Of a stretch of DNA of 64,000 nt, positions 1-10,032 are shown in pieces. The notes under the pieces were generated by a model, which ran no database searches, was not told where the DNA came from, and saw only the letters and a list, made by a program, of their open reading frames with translations. The stretch comes from Candidatus Poribacteria bacterium. Lineage in GTDB: Bacteria > Poribacteria > WGA-4E > WGA-3G. Numbering within the stretch: the stretch's first letter is position 1; each line of letters begins with the position of its first letter. The translations under genes were made by a program, and so were the position numbers. The stretch spans positions 1,440,001 through 1,504,000 of the forward strand of contig OZ251518.1 in assembly GCA_965242965.1 (NCBI GenBank), given 5' to 3'.

Positions 1-1422
1 GCTGTCACATCATTTTTTTCAAAAGTGAATGAGCCGGTGCTCGCCAATCTTGCACTAGATATGGGGCATATCCAGACAAAAAGTCTGTATCCCCGGCGGC
101 TCCCAGATCTGTTTCGGGGTTCTCAATTAACGGTGCTTGGCCGGTTCGAGACTGCTGGTGACACGCTGCTGACATTGATAGGGGATATCGGCGGCGAAAA
201 GCAGGAATTCTCCAACACCGGACAGTTTCCTGAGCATCAGTCCGAGCACGGGTTTCTGCCGCAGCTGTGGGCGCAACGCAAAGTGGCGTATCTCGTTGAT
301 GAAGTCCGGCTGAACGGCGAAAACGAAGAACTCGTCAACGAAATTGTTCGCCTCAGCAAAAAATACGGGATTATGACTCCCTACACCTCATTTCTCGTTA
401 CCGAAGAGGAGCAACATCTCCGTTTTGAGTTAGGCAAGCGTTTAGGCGCGCCGTCTCCCCAACGTTCATCCGCTTTACAAGAACTCAAACTGGGCACTAC
501 AGAAACCGAGAGCGCGGTATCAGTGAAGCGGATCAAAAACAAGACCTTCCATCGCCGCGAAGGGGTCTGGACAGATAGCGAACACGACGAGGAAACGGAA
601 ACAGAGAAGATTATCTTCGGCAGCGACGCGTATTTTGATCTGATTGCGACAGAATTGGAACTGAGCCATTATCTCGCAATTGGGAAGCAGGTTATTGTCT
701 GTTATAAGGACACGTGCTACGAAATCCTGCCGATGGTGGAGTCACCTCCAACCACGCCTATGGAGAAAGCTGCGGGAACATACACGCTTGTCTCCATGGA
801 TACGCACCTTGGTGGAGAATCTGTGACGCTCTTCCCGCCTGAAGTGAGCGGCACCATAACCTTGCAACCGGGCGGTGGTTCATGGCAGATTGACCTTACT
901 CTGTTCGGAAAACCCATAGCGGAAAGCTCGGGCCCCTCTTGGGAGGTAGTCGATGACGCTGTTCATCTCTACCTCATTGACGGATCCGTCCGCATTCTCA
1001 ATTGGACAGATAACGAGTTGAGTGGGATAGCCGGGGAGTCTACCGATAATCCTCTCGCAATGGTCTGGAAGAAACAGCCAACAGTCGAACCACAGCCTAA
1101 GGCTATGGAGAAAGCTGCGGGAACATACACGCTTGTCTTTGTTAAGTTTGGCGAAGAATCTATGATGGCCTTCCCACCCGACGTGAGCGGTACCATGTCC
1201 TTGGAACCGGGCGGCGGTTCATGGCAGATGACCCTGGCTGTGTCCAGTGGAGAATCTATGGAGGGCTCAGGGCCTTCTTGGGAGGCAGTTGGTGACGCTG
1301 TTCACCTGCACGTCGTTGACTTGCCCAAACGCACGTTCAATTGGACAATTACAAACCATCTCCGAGGAGAGTTCGTAAGTCCCAACGGTCTTCCTATCAC
1401 AATGACTTGGAAGAAAGAATAG
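1..1422 (+). CDS. 5'-partial VIT/vWA (inter-alpha-trypsin-inhibitor-like) protein C-terminal region with two tandem ~115-aa beta-rich C-terminal domains
   Basis: Frame open from base 1. P-L-N-L..LYP..LPDLF.GSQL.V.GR and LWAQRKV..L...EIV.LSKKYGI.TPYTSFLV are typical of the vault/ITIH vWA C-terminal region. MEKAAGTYTLV repeats start at 760 and 1105. Confidence 0.7.
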   Translation, partial: AVTSFFSKVNEPVLANLALDMGHIQTKSLYPRRLPDLFRGSQLTVLGRFETAGDTLLTLIGDIGGEKQEFSNTGQFPEHQSEHGFLPQLWAQRKVAYLVDEVRLNGENEELVNEIVRLSKKYGIMTPYTSFLVTEEEQHLRFELGKRLGAPSPQRSSALQELKLGTTETESAVSVKRIKNKTFHRREGVWTDSEHDEETETEKIIFGSDAYFDLIATELELSHYLAIGKQVIVCYKDTCYEILPMVESPPTTPMEKAAGTYTLVSMDTHLGGESVTLFPPEVSGTITLQPGGGSWQIDLTLFGKPIAESSGPSWEVVDDAVHLYLIDGSVRILNWTDNELSGIAGESTDNPLAMVWKKQPTVEPQPKAMEKAAGTYTLVFVKFGEESMMAFPPDVSGTMSLEPGGGSWQMTLAVSSGESMEGSGPSWEAVGDAVHLHVVDLPKRTFNWTITNHLRGEFVSPNGLPITMTWKKE

Positions 1423-1429
1423 CAACCCG

Positions 1430-1458
1430 GCCGGGAGAAGCAACACGCTTCTCCCGGC
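1430..1458 (+). terminator. GC-rich hairpin after the vWA gene (possible terminator/stabiliser)
   Basis: Perfect 12-bp stem GCCGGGAGAAGC/GCTTCTCCCGGC just after the stop codon; no clear U-tract. Confidence 0.35.
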
Positions 1459-1531
1459 AACAACTAAAAACGAAATACTTTCTCACCAGCGCATGCATCC
1501 ATCCCTCATTATCGCAATCTGAATTAATAGC

Positions 1532-2210
1532 GGGTGTTTCATATCTCAATGGAACCTCCCGGTAGGAGAGACCTCCCAGTCTCGATGCAATAGGGCGGCG
1601 CGCCTCCCGGGGTCGCGGCGGCAGAAAGCATCCCTTCATCGTAGGGCGAGGGCCCTCGGATGCCACACGCGCAGGCGAGCGGGTTCCCCGCGCTTGCGTT
1701 CGCGCAAGCCAACCCGCGCGGAGGACAGGCCCCCGCGCTACAGGAGGGCGGCGGAAACCGCCCGGCGAAACGTAGGGCGAGGGACAGGCACTCGCTATGC
1801 CAATAATGAGAGATGTCTCCGGTCTTTAGGTCTGGAAGACCTTAATGTCTATAGTTCCTCGCAACGCGAAGACTCTTAAGGTCTGTAGGACCTTAATGTG
1901 CAGCCGCACCGCGTGGCTTACGGCCTATTTAAGTCCTAACGGAACTTGAAAACGGGCCGACATGTGTTTCTATAGACATGCAGGACCTAAAGGACCTAAA
2001 GAAGCGGGCCTTTGCAAAAACGGCCGCACCAATCACAACGGAGATAATCCTGAAAATCCTATAATCTTGAAAATCCTGCTTCAGACAACTAGAGGCATCG
2101 CGGGGGACAGGCCCCCGCGCTACGGGCCCTAAAAGCGTTCCTTCAAATCGTAGGGCTTGGGCCCTCGCATGCCACCCGCGCCTGCGAGCGGGTTTCCCTC
2201 GCCATCGTTC
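1532..2210. repeat. Mosaic REP-like palindrome cluster (left terminal motif at 1532)
   Basis: GTAGGAGAGACC..GTCTCG, GTAGGGCGAGGG.., GACAGGCCCCCGCGCTAC and AGGTC..GACCTTAATGTCTATAG units; ends approximate. Confidence 0.85.
2046..2082. repeat. Short degenerate tandem repeat (AATCCTG/AATCTTG units)
   Basis: AATCCTGAAAATCCTATAATCTTGAAAATCCTGCT; reverse complement of the CAGGATT/CAAGATT arrays at 57773 and 62986. Confidence 0.6.
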
Positions 2211-2287
2211 GCGCGACCCAACCCGCGCGAAGCGAACACATTCGCTTTTTTCTATAAAAAAAGAGACAAATATGATATACTGATACC

Positions 2288-3010
2288 ATGATTGAAGTCC
2301 TCAATTACCCTCTCACTCAAATTCCCTCGGGTCCGTTTACGATGGGCACTCTCCCTACCGGATTACGCAAGACAGACCCGGAGGAACCGCAACGCAGCGT
2401 CACTCTCGATGCTTACGCCATCGGCACCTACCACGTCACGAACGCGCAATATGCGCAATTCGTTGAGGATACCGATTATCCCGCGCCGCTGTTTTGGGGA
2501 GACGAACGTTTCAACGGCGCAGCGTGTCCTGTCGTCGGCATCAGCTGGCACGATGCGGAGAACTTCTTGGAATGGCTTTGTGCAATCACGGGAGCGGCAT
2601 ATCGCTTGCCGACAGAAGCGGAGTGGGAAAAGGCGGCTCGCGGCACCGATGCCCGCGAATACCCATGGGGAAACGACTGGATTCTCGGAAAGGCAAATAC
2701 CTCAGAGGCGCGACTGAAACGTTTAACCCCGGTCGGCAGCTATCCGGAAGGGGTCAGTCCCTACGGTTGCCATGACATGGCAGGCAATGCATACTCTTGG
2801 TGCAGCGACTGGTTTCACGCGCAAACTTACCAATACTCTCCAAATGAAAATCCGCAGGGAGCGGTTGAAGGACGGAGGAAAGTTATCAGAGGCGGTTCGT
2901 GGGTGGCGCGCGGGAAATTTGCTGCGCGATGTGCAAACCGCGCCGCTTATGAACCCATCCGCGCCGTGCATAACGTGAGTTTCAGAATCGCAATAGACAA
3001 CCCAGGCTAA
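2288..3010 (+). CDS. Formylglycine-generating enzyme (FGE-sulfatase/SUMF1) family protein
   Basis: F.MG...E.P.R.V.L, VTNAQY..F, PV..ISW.DA, RLPTEAEWEKAARG, YPWG, DMAGN, RGGSW, FR motifs. Confidence 0.92.
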   Translation: MIEVLNYPLTQIPSGPFTMGTLPTGLRKTDPEEPQRSVTLDAYAIGTYHVTNAQYAQFVEDTDYPAPLFWGDERFNGAACPVVGISWHDAENFLEWLCAITGAAYRLPTEAEWEKAARGTDAREYPWGNDWILGKANTSEARLKRLTPVGSYPEGVSPYGCHDMAGNAYSWCSDWFHAQTYQYSPNENPQGAVEGRRKVIRGGSWVARGKFAARCANRAAYEPIRAVHNVSFRIAIDNPG

Positions 3011-3072
3011 AAGGTGCCGGTAGGAGGGACATCCTTGTCCCGATACTAGAACGCATCGCGCAGGACAAAAAT

Positions 3073-4194
3073 ATGAAGAAAAAAGACTACCCTCACTTCC
3101 AAACTGCGCTGTTGGAATGGTTCAAAACTTACCAGCGCGAAATGCCGTGGCGGAACACTCGCAACGCTTACTATATCTGGGTATCGGAGGTGATGCTACA
3201 GCAGACGCAGGTCAAGAAAGTGATGGAATACTATCAGAAATTCATTGATAGGTTTCCCACCGTTCAGCATCTGGCAGAAGCGGAACTGCAAACCGTGCTG
3301 AAACTCTGGGAAGGATTGGGCTACTATACGAGAGCCCGAAACCTCCACAAAGCGGCGAAAATTATCGTAGCAGAATTGGATGGAAAAATCCCGAACGACT
3401 ACGCCGATTTCAGGAAACTGCCGGGTGTCGGAGATTATAGTGCCGCCGCCGTGCAAAGCATCGCCTTTAACGCGCCGTATGCTGCCGTAGATGGGAACGT
3501 CAAACGCGTTCTGGCGCGCCTGTTTTACATGAAAAACCCCATCAACGATTCTGCCTCAACGAAGCAATTTCAGGAAAAGGCGGATGCACTGCTCGCGGCA
3601 GAGGCACCGGGAGATTTCAATCAAGCGATGATGGAATTGGGGGCAACAGTCTGCCGCCCACAATCTCCAACCTGCATTGTGTGTCCGGTGCATTCGTTCT
3701 GTCAAGCGTTCCAAACGGCGCGCCAAGACGAGGTGCCTGTCCGCCGGAAATCCAAACCGATACCGGAATATCATCTCGCTGTCGGCGTTATCCACAAAGT
3801 AGGCACCGCCGGAGTTTTGGCGGAATCATCGGCGGAGCCACAAGGCGAAATGTTGATAACGCAGCGGCCTTTAGACGGTTTGCTCGGGGGGCTTTGGGAA
3901 TTTCCGGGCGGAAGACTCGCCGAGGGAGAAACCGCCGAAGATGCCTGCCGCCGAAACATCGCTGAGACAGTCAACCTCTCCGTTGACAATCTGACATACC
4001 TCACCCGCGTACGGCACGCTTTCACCCACTTCAAAATTGTCGTTGATGTCTTCCAATGCGATTATCTAGCAGGTGAGGTTGCGTTGAACGGGCCGATAGA
4101 CGCAAAGTGGATTCGGTTTGAGGAAATTGAGGAATATCCGTTCCCGCGCTCAAATCATAAATTTATTCCGATGTTGAAGGAAAGAAACGGATGA
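3073..4194 (+). CDS. mutY: A/G-specific adenine glycosylase MutY
   Basis: WVSEVMLQQTQV, WEGLGYY.RARNLH, HhH LPGVG.Y.A.A, VDGNV.RVLAR, FeS motif C-X6-C-X2-C-X5-C, C-terminal NUDIX-like GLLGGLWEFPGG. Confidence 0.97.
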   Translation: MKKKDYPHFQTALLEWFKTYQREMPWRNTRNAYYIWVSEVMLQQTQVKKVMEYYQKFIDRFPTVQHLAEAELQTVLKLWEGLGYYTRARNLHKAAKIIVAELDGKIPNDYADFRKLPGVGDYSAAAVQSIAFNAPYAAVDGNVKRVLARLFYMKNPINDSASTKQFQEKADALLAAEAPGDFNQAMMELGATVCRPQSPTCIVCPVHSFCQAFQTARQDEVPVRRKSKPIPEYHLAVGVIHKVGTAGVLAESSAEPQGEMLITQRPLDGLLGGLWEFPGGRLAEGETAEDACRRNIAETVNLSVDNLTYLTRVRHAFTHFKIVVDVFQCDYLAGEVALNGPIDAKWIRFEEIEEYPFPRSNHKFIPMLKERNG

Positions 4195-4196
4195 TG

Positions 4197-5035
4197 CCGG
4201 TAGGAGAGACCTCCCGGTCTCGATGCAATAGGGCTCGCCATCATCCGCGTACTCCAACGATCGCGGGGGACAGGCCCCCGCGCTACGGGAAAAAACGCCC
4301 CTCATCGTAGGGCGAGGGCCTGTCCCTCGCCATCGCTCGCGCTAGGGAAAAACGTCTCTTGTTCTCTTAGGTCCTTTAGGTCCTTAATGTCTATAGCCTG
4401 CGCGCCCGCGAAGAACGCTAAGGTCCTTTAGGTCCTTAATGTGTTTTGATGTGCCGTGTGTTTTCCCATTAAGGACCTAAAGGACCTTGAAAACGGGCAG
4501 ATACGTTTTTCTATAGACATTAAGGTCCTAACGGACCTAAAACGCTACCGCTTGACGATGGAGATCGCGGGGGACAGGCCCCCGCGCTACGGAAAAAACG
4601 GCGTGCGTACCGTAGGGCGAGGGCCCTCGCATGCCACACGCGCATCCGAGCGGGTTTCCCTCGCCATCGTTCGCGCGCAAGGTTCTGTAGGTCAGGATCG
4701 CCAGATCCTGAACCGTTTGTGATCAGGCGATCACAAACTACAGCGGAGAAAACACACATCGGGACGTTAGAGATCGCGGGGGACAGGCCCCCGCGCTACG
4801 ATAAAAAACGGCGTGCGTTACCGTAGGGCGAGGGCCTGTCCCTCGCCATGCCTCGGTCCACCGAACGATCGCGGGGGACAGGCCCCCGCGCTATGATAAA
4901 AACGTCCCCTCACCGTAGGGCGAGGGCCTGTCCCTCGCCATGCCTCGGTCCACCGAACGATCGCGGGGGACAGGCCCCCGCGCTACGGAAAAAAACGGCA
5001 CGTCATCGTAGGGCGAGGGCCTGTCCCTCGCCATC
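4197..5035. repeat. Mosaic REP-like palindrome cluster between convergent genes
   Basis: Alternating GTAGGGCGAGGGCCTGTCCCTCGCC / CGCGGGGGACAGGCCCCCGCGCTAC doublets, ~170-bp palindrome at 4369-4538, GTAGGTCAGGATC doublet. Confidence 0.9.
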
Positions 5036-5048
5036 GTCCTCCTACCAA

Positions 5049-5996
5049 TTACTGAAAACCGAACCGCTCTTCATATTTCTCCCACACTTCATCGGGGATA
5101 GGCGTGCTTGCGGCGCGGACATTCGCTTCCAACTGCTCAACGTTCAGATTGCCGATGTTATTGCCGTGGATGCGCTCTTCGCGTAGACAGAACTGAAGCG
5201 CGAGCTGGAGCAGATTCACATCTTCTTGGAGGCACCACTGCCAGATTTCACGTGCGCGAGGCACATCGCCATCGTTGCGCCAACGTCCCCGCGCAATCTC
5301 GGCATCAATATCCACCCCGGTCAGGATGCCACGCAGGATGGACCAGCCGTTCATCACACCGATATCCGCTTCGGCGGCGACAGGGAGGATCTCATCAACA
5401 GCTGTCTGCCGAACAAGATTGTAGTCGTTGAAGCACAAAATAAGATCGACATCGCCGGTGGCCATCGCCTTCAGATGGAAATCGTGCGGACGCATCCCGT
5501 AGCCGAGGAAGTGGACTAAGCCGCGCGCTTTGCACTGCAGCAGCCCATCCAACGTTCCCCCTTTCTCTAGCGTCGGATCGATTTCACCCGGGTCGTGAAT
5601 AAGCATGCCGTCTAAGTAGTCCGTGCCGAGTAATTCCAGCTGATCTTCCAGATCTGCAATTGCGCGGTCGGCTGAATAATCCGGTCTGCCCTGGCCGTAG
5701 CCTCCCCATTTCGCCGCGGAATGGCAGCAGAGTCTTGCGGTAATGATGACATCTTCGCGCGGGATTTCCTTGAGTGCCAATCCGAGTTTCCGCATCGAGT
5801 CGCCGTAACAGCGCGCGCAATCGAAATGGTTCACACCGATAGATACGGCGTGTTTGACAAGTGCAACGGCATCCTCATCAGAAACGAACCCGAAGTTGTT
5901 GCCAAACCCCTGCGTGCCAAACGGAATAACCGGGATGCTCAATTCGGTTCTCCCTAAACGCCGTCGAGGGAGTGTGGGTAAAGTCTGATGTGTCAT
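5049..5996 (-). CDS. Aldo/keto reductase
   Basis: RRLGRTEL.I..I.FG, G.NHFD.A..YG, L.LL.TDYLD...IH, QLALQF.L; ATG at 5996 preceded by GGAGGA. Confidence 0.9.
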   Translation of the reverse strand: MTHQTLPTLPRRRLGRTELSIPVIPFGTQGFGNNFGFVSDEDAVALVKHAVSIGVNHFDCARCYGDSMRKLGLALKEIPREDVIITARLCCHSAAKWGGYGQGRPDYSADRAIADLEDQLELLGTDYLDGMLIHDPGEIDPTLEKGGTLDGLLQCKARGLVHFLGYGMRPHDFHLKAMATGDVDLILCFNDYNLVRQTAVDEILPVAAEADIGVMNGWSILRGILTGVDIDAEIARGRWRNDGDVPRAREIWQWCLQEDVNLLQLALQFCLREERIHGNNIGNLNVEQLEANVRAASTPIPDEVWEKYEERFGFQ

Positions 5997-6056
5997 GAGA
6001 TTCCTCCACATTTTGCCGATAGGCGCGGTTTGACACCGCGCCTACAGGGTTCGTTT

Positions 6057-6683
6057 TTAGTATTTATCCGAACCTTCCAAGGGCAACGGGACTGCCCAGA
6101 TGTTCCTGAACTTCACGAGGTTACCGTGGTCTTGGAGCAACAGCGGACCTGGTTCTCCAACGCCGCCGCCGAGGTTCGCGACAGTTGCGCTGGACAAGAT
6201 GACGTTGTTGAGGATGACGAGGCCGTTCTGTAGCGCGGTCACGCGCGTGTTTTCAACGATTTCGCCTTCATCGTTGAGGCGCGGGGCGCGGAAAATGACA
6301 TCGTAGGACTGCCATTCCAACGGCGGTTTGCAGGCGTTGACAAGCGGCGCGAACTGGTTGTAAATCGCACCGCAATCGCCCATGCCCGGCACCTCAATCC
6401 CGTATGAATCCAAGACCTGGATTTCATACCGGCCTTGCAGGAACACACCGCTGTTGCCCTTGGCTTGTCCGGTGGCATCAGGCATATCGGGTGTCATAAA
6501 TTCAAGGTGCAGGAAATGGTCGGTAAACCGTTCGGTTGTCATAATATCGCCGGTGCGCGGGACGACAGCCATTACGCCGTCTTCCACTGCCCAGCCGGGC
6601 GCGCCGCCATCTCGGGCCGTCCAATTGCTCAAATCATTGCCGTTAAAGAGGACTACGGCGGATTCGGGTGGTGTATGAATCAT
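6057..6683 (-). CDS. DUF1080 (3-keto-disaccharide hydrolase-like) protein
   Basis: LFNG.DLSNW, F.D..LHLEF, GNSGVFLQGRYEIQVLDS, CGAIY, WQSYDV.FRAPR, LLQDHG..V.FRNIW. Confidence 0.92.
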   Translation of the reverse strand: MIHTPPESAVVLFNGNDLSNWTARDGGAPGWAVEDGVMAVVPRTGDIMTTERFTDHFLHLEFMTPDMPDATGQAKGNSGVFLQGRYEIQVLDSYGIEVPGMGDCGAIYNQFAPLVNACKPPLEWQSYDVIFRAPRLNDEGEIVENTRVTALQNGLVILNNVILSSATVANLGGGVGEPGPLLLQDHGNLVKFRNIWAVPLPLEGSDKY

Positions 6684-6717
6684 CGTTTTTCCTTTCGGAT
6701 GCTAAAAATTTCCTTTC

Positions 6718-6746
6718 ATTCTAACGCTATTCGTTTTTTTTGTCAA
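6718..6746 (-). promoter_or_regulatory. Sigma70-type promoter for the DUF1080-AKR genes
   Basis: Minus strand TTGACA-N17-TAGAAT about 35 nt upstream of ATG 6683. Confidence 0.65.
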
Positions 6747-6783
6747 ATGGGTTGATTTTTATCGGGAAATGCGTTATTATATT

Positions 6784-7470
6784 GAAGGTGTTTCATATCT
6801 TGATACGTTCGGTAGGAGAGACCTTCTAGTCTCAATGCTGCACTGGTAGGAGAGACTTCCCGGTCTCGGTGCTGCACTGGTAGGAGAGACCTCCTGGTCT
6901 CGATGTTCCCGTAGCGCGTGGGACAGGCCCACGCGTTGTCCAGCGTCACGTTATGTTTTTAGGTCCTTTAGGACCTACATGTCTATAGATACACGTGTCA
7001 GCCCACGTCAAGGTTCTTTAGGTCATTAATAAAAAACACGCGGCCTCTCAAAGTCTATTAAGGACCTAAAGGACCTTAGCGTTCTTCGCGGGCGCGCGTG
7101 CTATAGACATTAAGGACCTAAAGGACCTAAGAGACGTTTTTTCATCGTAGTGCGGGGGCCTGTCCCCCGCGATGGTTGGATTGCGCGAGGCATGGCGAGG
7201 GACAGGCCCTCGCCCTACGACGAAGGGAAGGCGTTATTTTTTCTAGCGCGGGGGCCCCTCGGATGCCATCCGCGCATCCGAGCGGGTTTCCCCCGCGATG
7301 GTTGGATTGCGCGAGGCATGGCGAGGGACAGGCCCTCGCCCTACGATGAAGGGGGCTTTCTGCCGCCGCGCCCCCGGTAGGCGCGCTGCCCTATTGCATC
7401 GAGACCGGGAGGTCTCTCCTACGGAAAGGTGTACGTTGAGACAAGGCGGGTGTCCATTGAGACCGGGAGG
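6784..7470. repeat. Mosaic REP-like palindrome cluster (left terminal motif at 6784)
   Basis: GAAGGTGTTTCATATCT, three tandem GTAGGAGAGAC..GTCTC units, ~170-bp palindrome 6961-7128, A/A' doublets. Confidence 0.88.
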
Positions 7471-7532
7471 ACGCGCCGTTTTCTTTTTCCGGAAATTTTT
7501 GATAGCCCGGCGTAAATCGGTGAGAAACAGAG

Positions 7533-9782
7533 ATGGACACGCTTCAAGGTATTCTCGAACGCATCGTTTTTGAAAACCCCGACAACGGCTATACCGTCGG
7601 CAGATTTTCCGCGCGCGGGCACCCGGAACTCGTCACCGTTGTCGGCAATCTCGTCTCCGTGAATCCCGGCGAAAGTCTGATCTTGCAAGGCACGTGGGTA
7701 GATACCGCCCGATACGGCAGACAATTCAAAATCGAACGCTACGAGACCATCTTGCCTGCTAATATCATGGGGTTGAGGAAATACTTGGGTTCTGGGCTGA
7801 TTAAAGGCATCGGCCCAAAAATGGCGGCGCGGATTGTCAACAAGTTCGGCATGGATACGATGGATGTCATTGAGCAGGCTCCGGAAAAACTGGCACGTAT
7901 CCCCGGCATCGGTAGGAAGCGCGTCACGATGATTCGGCAGGCGTGGGACGCACAGCGCGAGATTAAAAATGTGATGCTCTTCTTGCAATCGCACGATGTC
8001 AGCACGGCGCACGCCGCCAAGATTTACAAAACCTACGAGAATGACGCGATTCCGGTCGTCACCGAAAACCCGTATCGTCTCGCCGACGACATTTACGGCA
8101 TCGGGTTTGTCACGGCGGATACCATCGCACAGAAACTTGGCATGGAGAAGGACGCGCCGCAACGCGTGCAGGCAGGCATCAAATACGTGCTGAGTCAAAA
8201 AGCAGATGAAGGACACGTCTTCCAACATCGCGCGGAACTGATTGAAGCGTGCCAAGAAATTCTGGCGCAGGAACCAGAAGCAATCGAGGCTGGCATCCTC
8301 GCGCTTGCTGAAAAAGAAGAAATTATCCTACCTGTCTATAGTATTGAACAGCCTTCTCAGGAAATAGGGGAATTGGTTATCCCCATTGTTGAGGAGGAGT
8401 CACAAACCGCGCCTCCCGCCGCGGATACCGATGCTATCTACCTCGCGCCTTTCTATTATGCCGAACTAGGAGTCGCGAACCAGTTTTCGCGCCTGCTATC
8501 TAGCCGGAACCGCGAACGCAGTTCGCCGCTAAATATTGACGCGTCTTTGCGGCAGTTAGAAGCGGAGATGCGCATCCGTTTCGCGCCACAGCAACGCGAG
8601 GCGATTCACACCGCGCTCTCGGAACAAGCGATGATTCTCACAGGCGGACCCGGCACCGGTAAAACGACTACCACCGTCGGCATGATTCGGCTGTTTGAAG
8701 CGGAAGGGAGACGCATCGCCTTGACAGCCCCGACCGGGCGCGCCGCCAAACGGCTCAGCGAAACAACCGGACGCGAGGCAAAGACAATACATCGCCTGCT
8801 GGAATTCTCGCCGCAAGAAAACGGCTTTAAACGGAATCGGCGCAATCCGCTGGAAGCAGACGTGGTGATTGTCGATGAGATGTCCATGGTAGATATGGTT
8901 TTGATGAACCGGTTTATGCAGGCGATTCGTCTCGGCGCAACCCTCATCCTGATTGGTGATACGGACCAGCTGCCCTCTGTCGGCGCGGGAAATGTGTTGC
9001 GTTCGCTCATCGATTCGGGAAAGATACCGGTGATTAAACTGACAGAGATTTTCCGCCAAGCGCAGCAGAGCATGATTGTGACGAACGCGCATCGGATTAA
9101 CACGGGAGAATTGCCGCAGCTCACCGGTCCCGCGGATAGGAACTTCTTTTTTATTGAGGAGACAGAACCGGAGGCGGCGGCAGAACTCATCTGCTCGCTC
9201 ATCTCGGAACGTTTACCGCGGCACTACAATTACCATCCGATGGACGACATTCAGCTGCTGTGCCCGATGCGGCGCGGTGTCCTCGGTTCTGAAAACCTTA
9301 ACAAACGGCTTCAAGAGGTGTTGAACCCCGGAGGTGGGACTTCAAGTCCCGAAGCCATCCGTGGCTGGCAAGCATTCCGTGTCGGCGACAAAGTGATGCA
9401 AGTCCGCAACAACTACGACTACGAGGTGTTCAACGGCGACATCGGCAGGATTATCGGCATCAATTCAGTAGATAAGAAGGTCCGCGTCCAATTCCCAGAT
9501 AAACGGGTGGATTACGACATGGCAGACTTGGGCGAACTCGTCTTGGCGTATGCGACGACTATCCACAAAGCGCAAGGCAGTGAATACCCGGCAGTGGTGA
9601 TTCCGTTGCACACGCAGCACTACCTCATGTTGCAACGGAATCTACTTTACACCGGCATCACTCGTGCGAAGGAGCGAGTCGTGATCGTCGGCACGAAACA
9701 AGCACTCGGTTTGTGTATCCGCAACAATCAGGTGATGGAACGTAATAGTTATCTTGCGGAACGGATGCAATTGGAATTGTAA
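7533..9782 (+). CDS. recD2: ATP-dependent RecD-like DNA helicase RecD2
   Basis: N-terminal OB/HhH (YLGSGLIKGIGP, NPY.L..DI.GIGF..AD.IA), Walker A GGPGTGKTT, DEMSMVD, GD.DQLPSVG.G, LAYA.TIHK.QGSEY, RNLLYT.ITRA. Confidence 0.96.
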   Translation: MDTLQGILERIVFENPDNGYTVGRFSARGHPELVTVVGNLVSVNPGESLILQGTWVDTARYGRQFKIERYETILPANIMGLRKYLGSGLIKGIGPKMAARIVNKFGMDTMDVIEQAPEKLARIPGIGRKRVTMIRQAWDAQREIKNVMLFLQSHDVSTAHAAKIYKTYENDAIPVVTENPYRLADDIYGIGFVTADTIAQKLGMEKDAPQRVQAGIKYVLSQKADEGHVFQHRAELIEACQEILAQEPEAIEAGILALAEKEEIILPVYSIEQPSQEIGELVIPIVEEESQTAPPAADTDAIYLAPFYYAELGVANQFSRLLSSRNRERSSPLNIDASLRQLEAEMRIRFAPQQREAIHTALSEQAMILTGGPGTGKTTTTVGMIRLFEAEGRRIALTAPTGRAAKRLSETTGREAKTIHRLLEFSPQENGFKRNRRNPLEADVVIVDEMSMVDMVLMNRFMQAIRLGATLILIGDTDQLPSVGAGNVLRSLIDSGKIPVIKLTEIFRQAQQSMIVTNAHRINTGELPQLTGPADRNFFFIEETEPEAAAELICSLISERLPRHYNYHPMDDIQLLCPMRRGVLGSENLNKRLQEVLNPGGGTSSPEAIRGWQAFRVGDKVMQVRNNYDYEVFNGDIGRIIGINSVDKKVRVQFPDKRVDYDMADLGELVLAYATTIHKAQGSEYPAVVIPLHTQHYLMLQRNLLYTGITRAKERVVIVGTKQALGLCIRNNQVMERNSYLAERMQLEL

Positions 9783-9803
9783 GCGAGAGCTGCGCGATGC
9801 CCA

Positions 9804-10031
9804 TTACTTCTCCGCTTTAGCGCGAACCGACGGTGATGTTAACTTTGGCGAGTCTTTTCTGGGTTGCGTCTCGGCAAACGTGTATTCGCCGGATTGGCGC
9901 AAGTTGCTTTCCAATGTTTGGCAATATGCAGCCAATAGGCTGACATCGTGCCCGAATTCTGCCGAAATTTCGTGTCGAATTTTGCGAATGTCCTTCACTT
10001 CTTTGCAGGCGAGAATTGTTTCTTTTTCCAT
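9804..10031 (-). CDS. Small protein cotranscribed with PIN-domain gene (putative antitoxin)
   Basis: EV.DIRKIRHEISAEFGHDV motif; ATG at 10031 immediately after the PIN gene stop. Confidence 0.6.
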   Translation of the reverse strand: MEKETILACKEVKDIRKIRHEISAEFGHDVSLLAAYCQTLESNLRQSGEYTFAETQPRKDSPKLTSPSVRAKAEK

Positions 10032-10032
10032 T

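Noticed and set aside
4770-5035. Regularly spaced palindromes resembling CRISPR or integron attC arrays
   Set aside because: Units alternate in orientation as inverted doublets with repeated linkers; there are no cassette ORFs between them and no integrase
8325-8435. Acidic insertion in RecD2 as a possible repeat-derived insert
   Set aside because: Only a weak GTCTATAG and hairpin resemblance, and this linker is variable in RecD2 proteins
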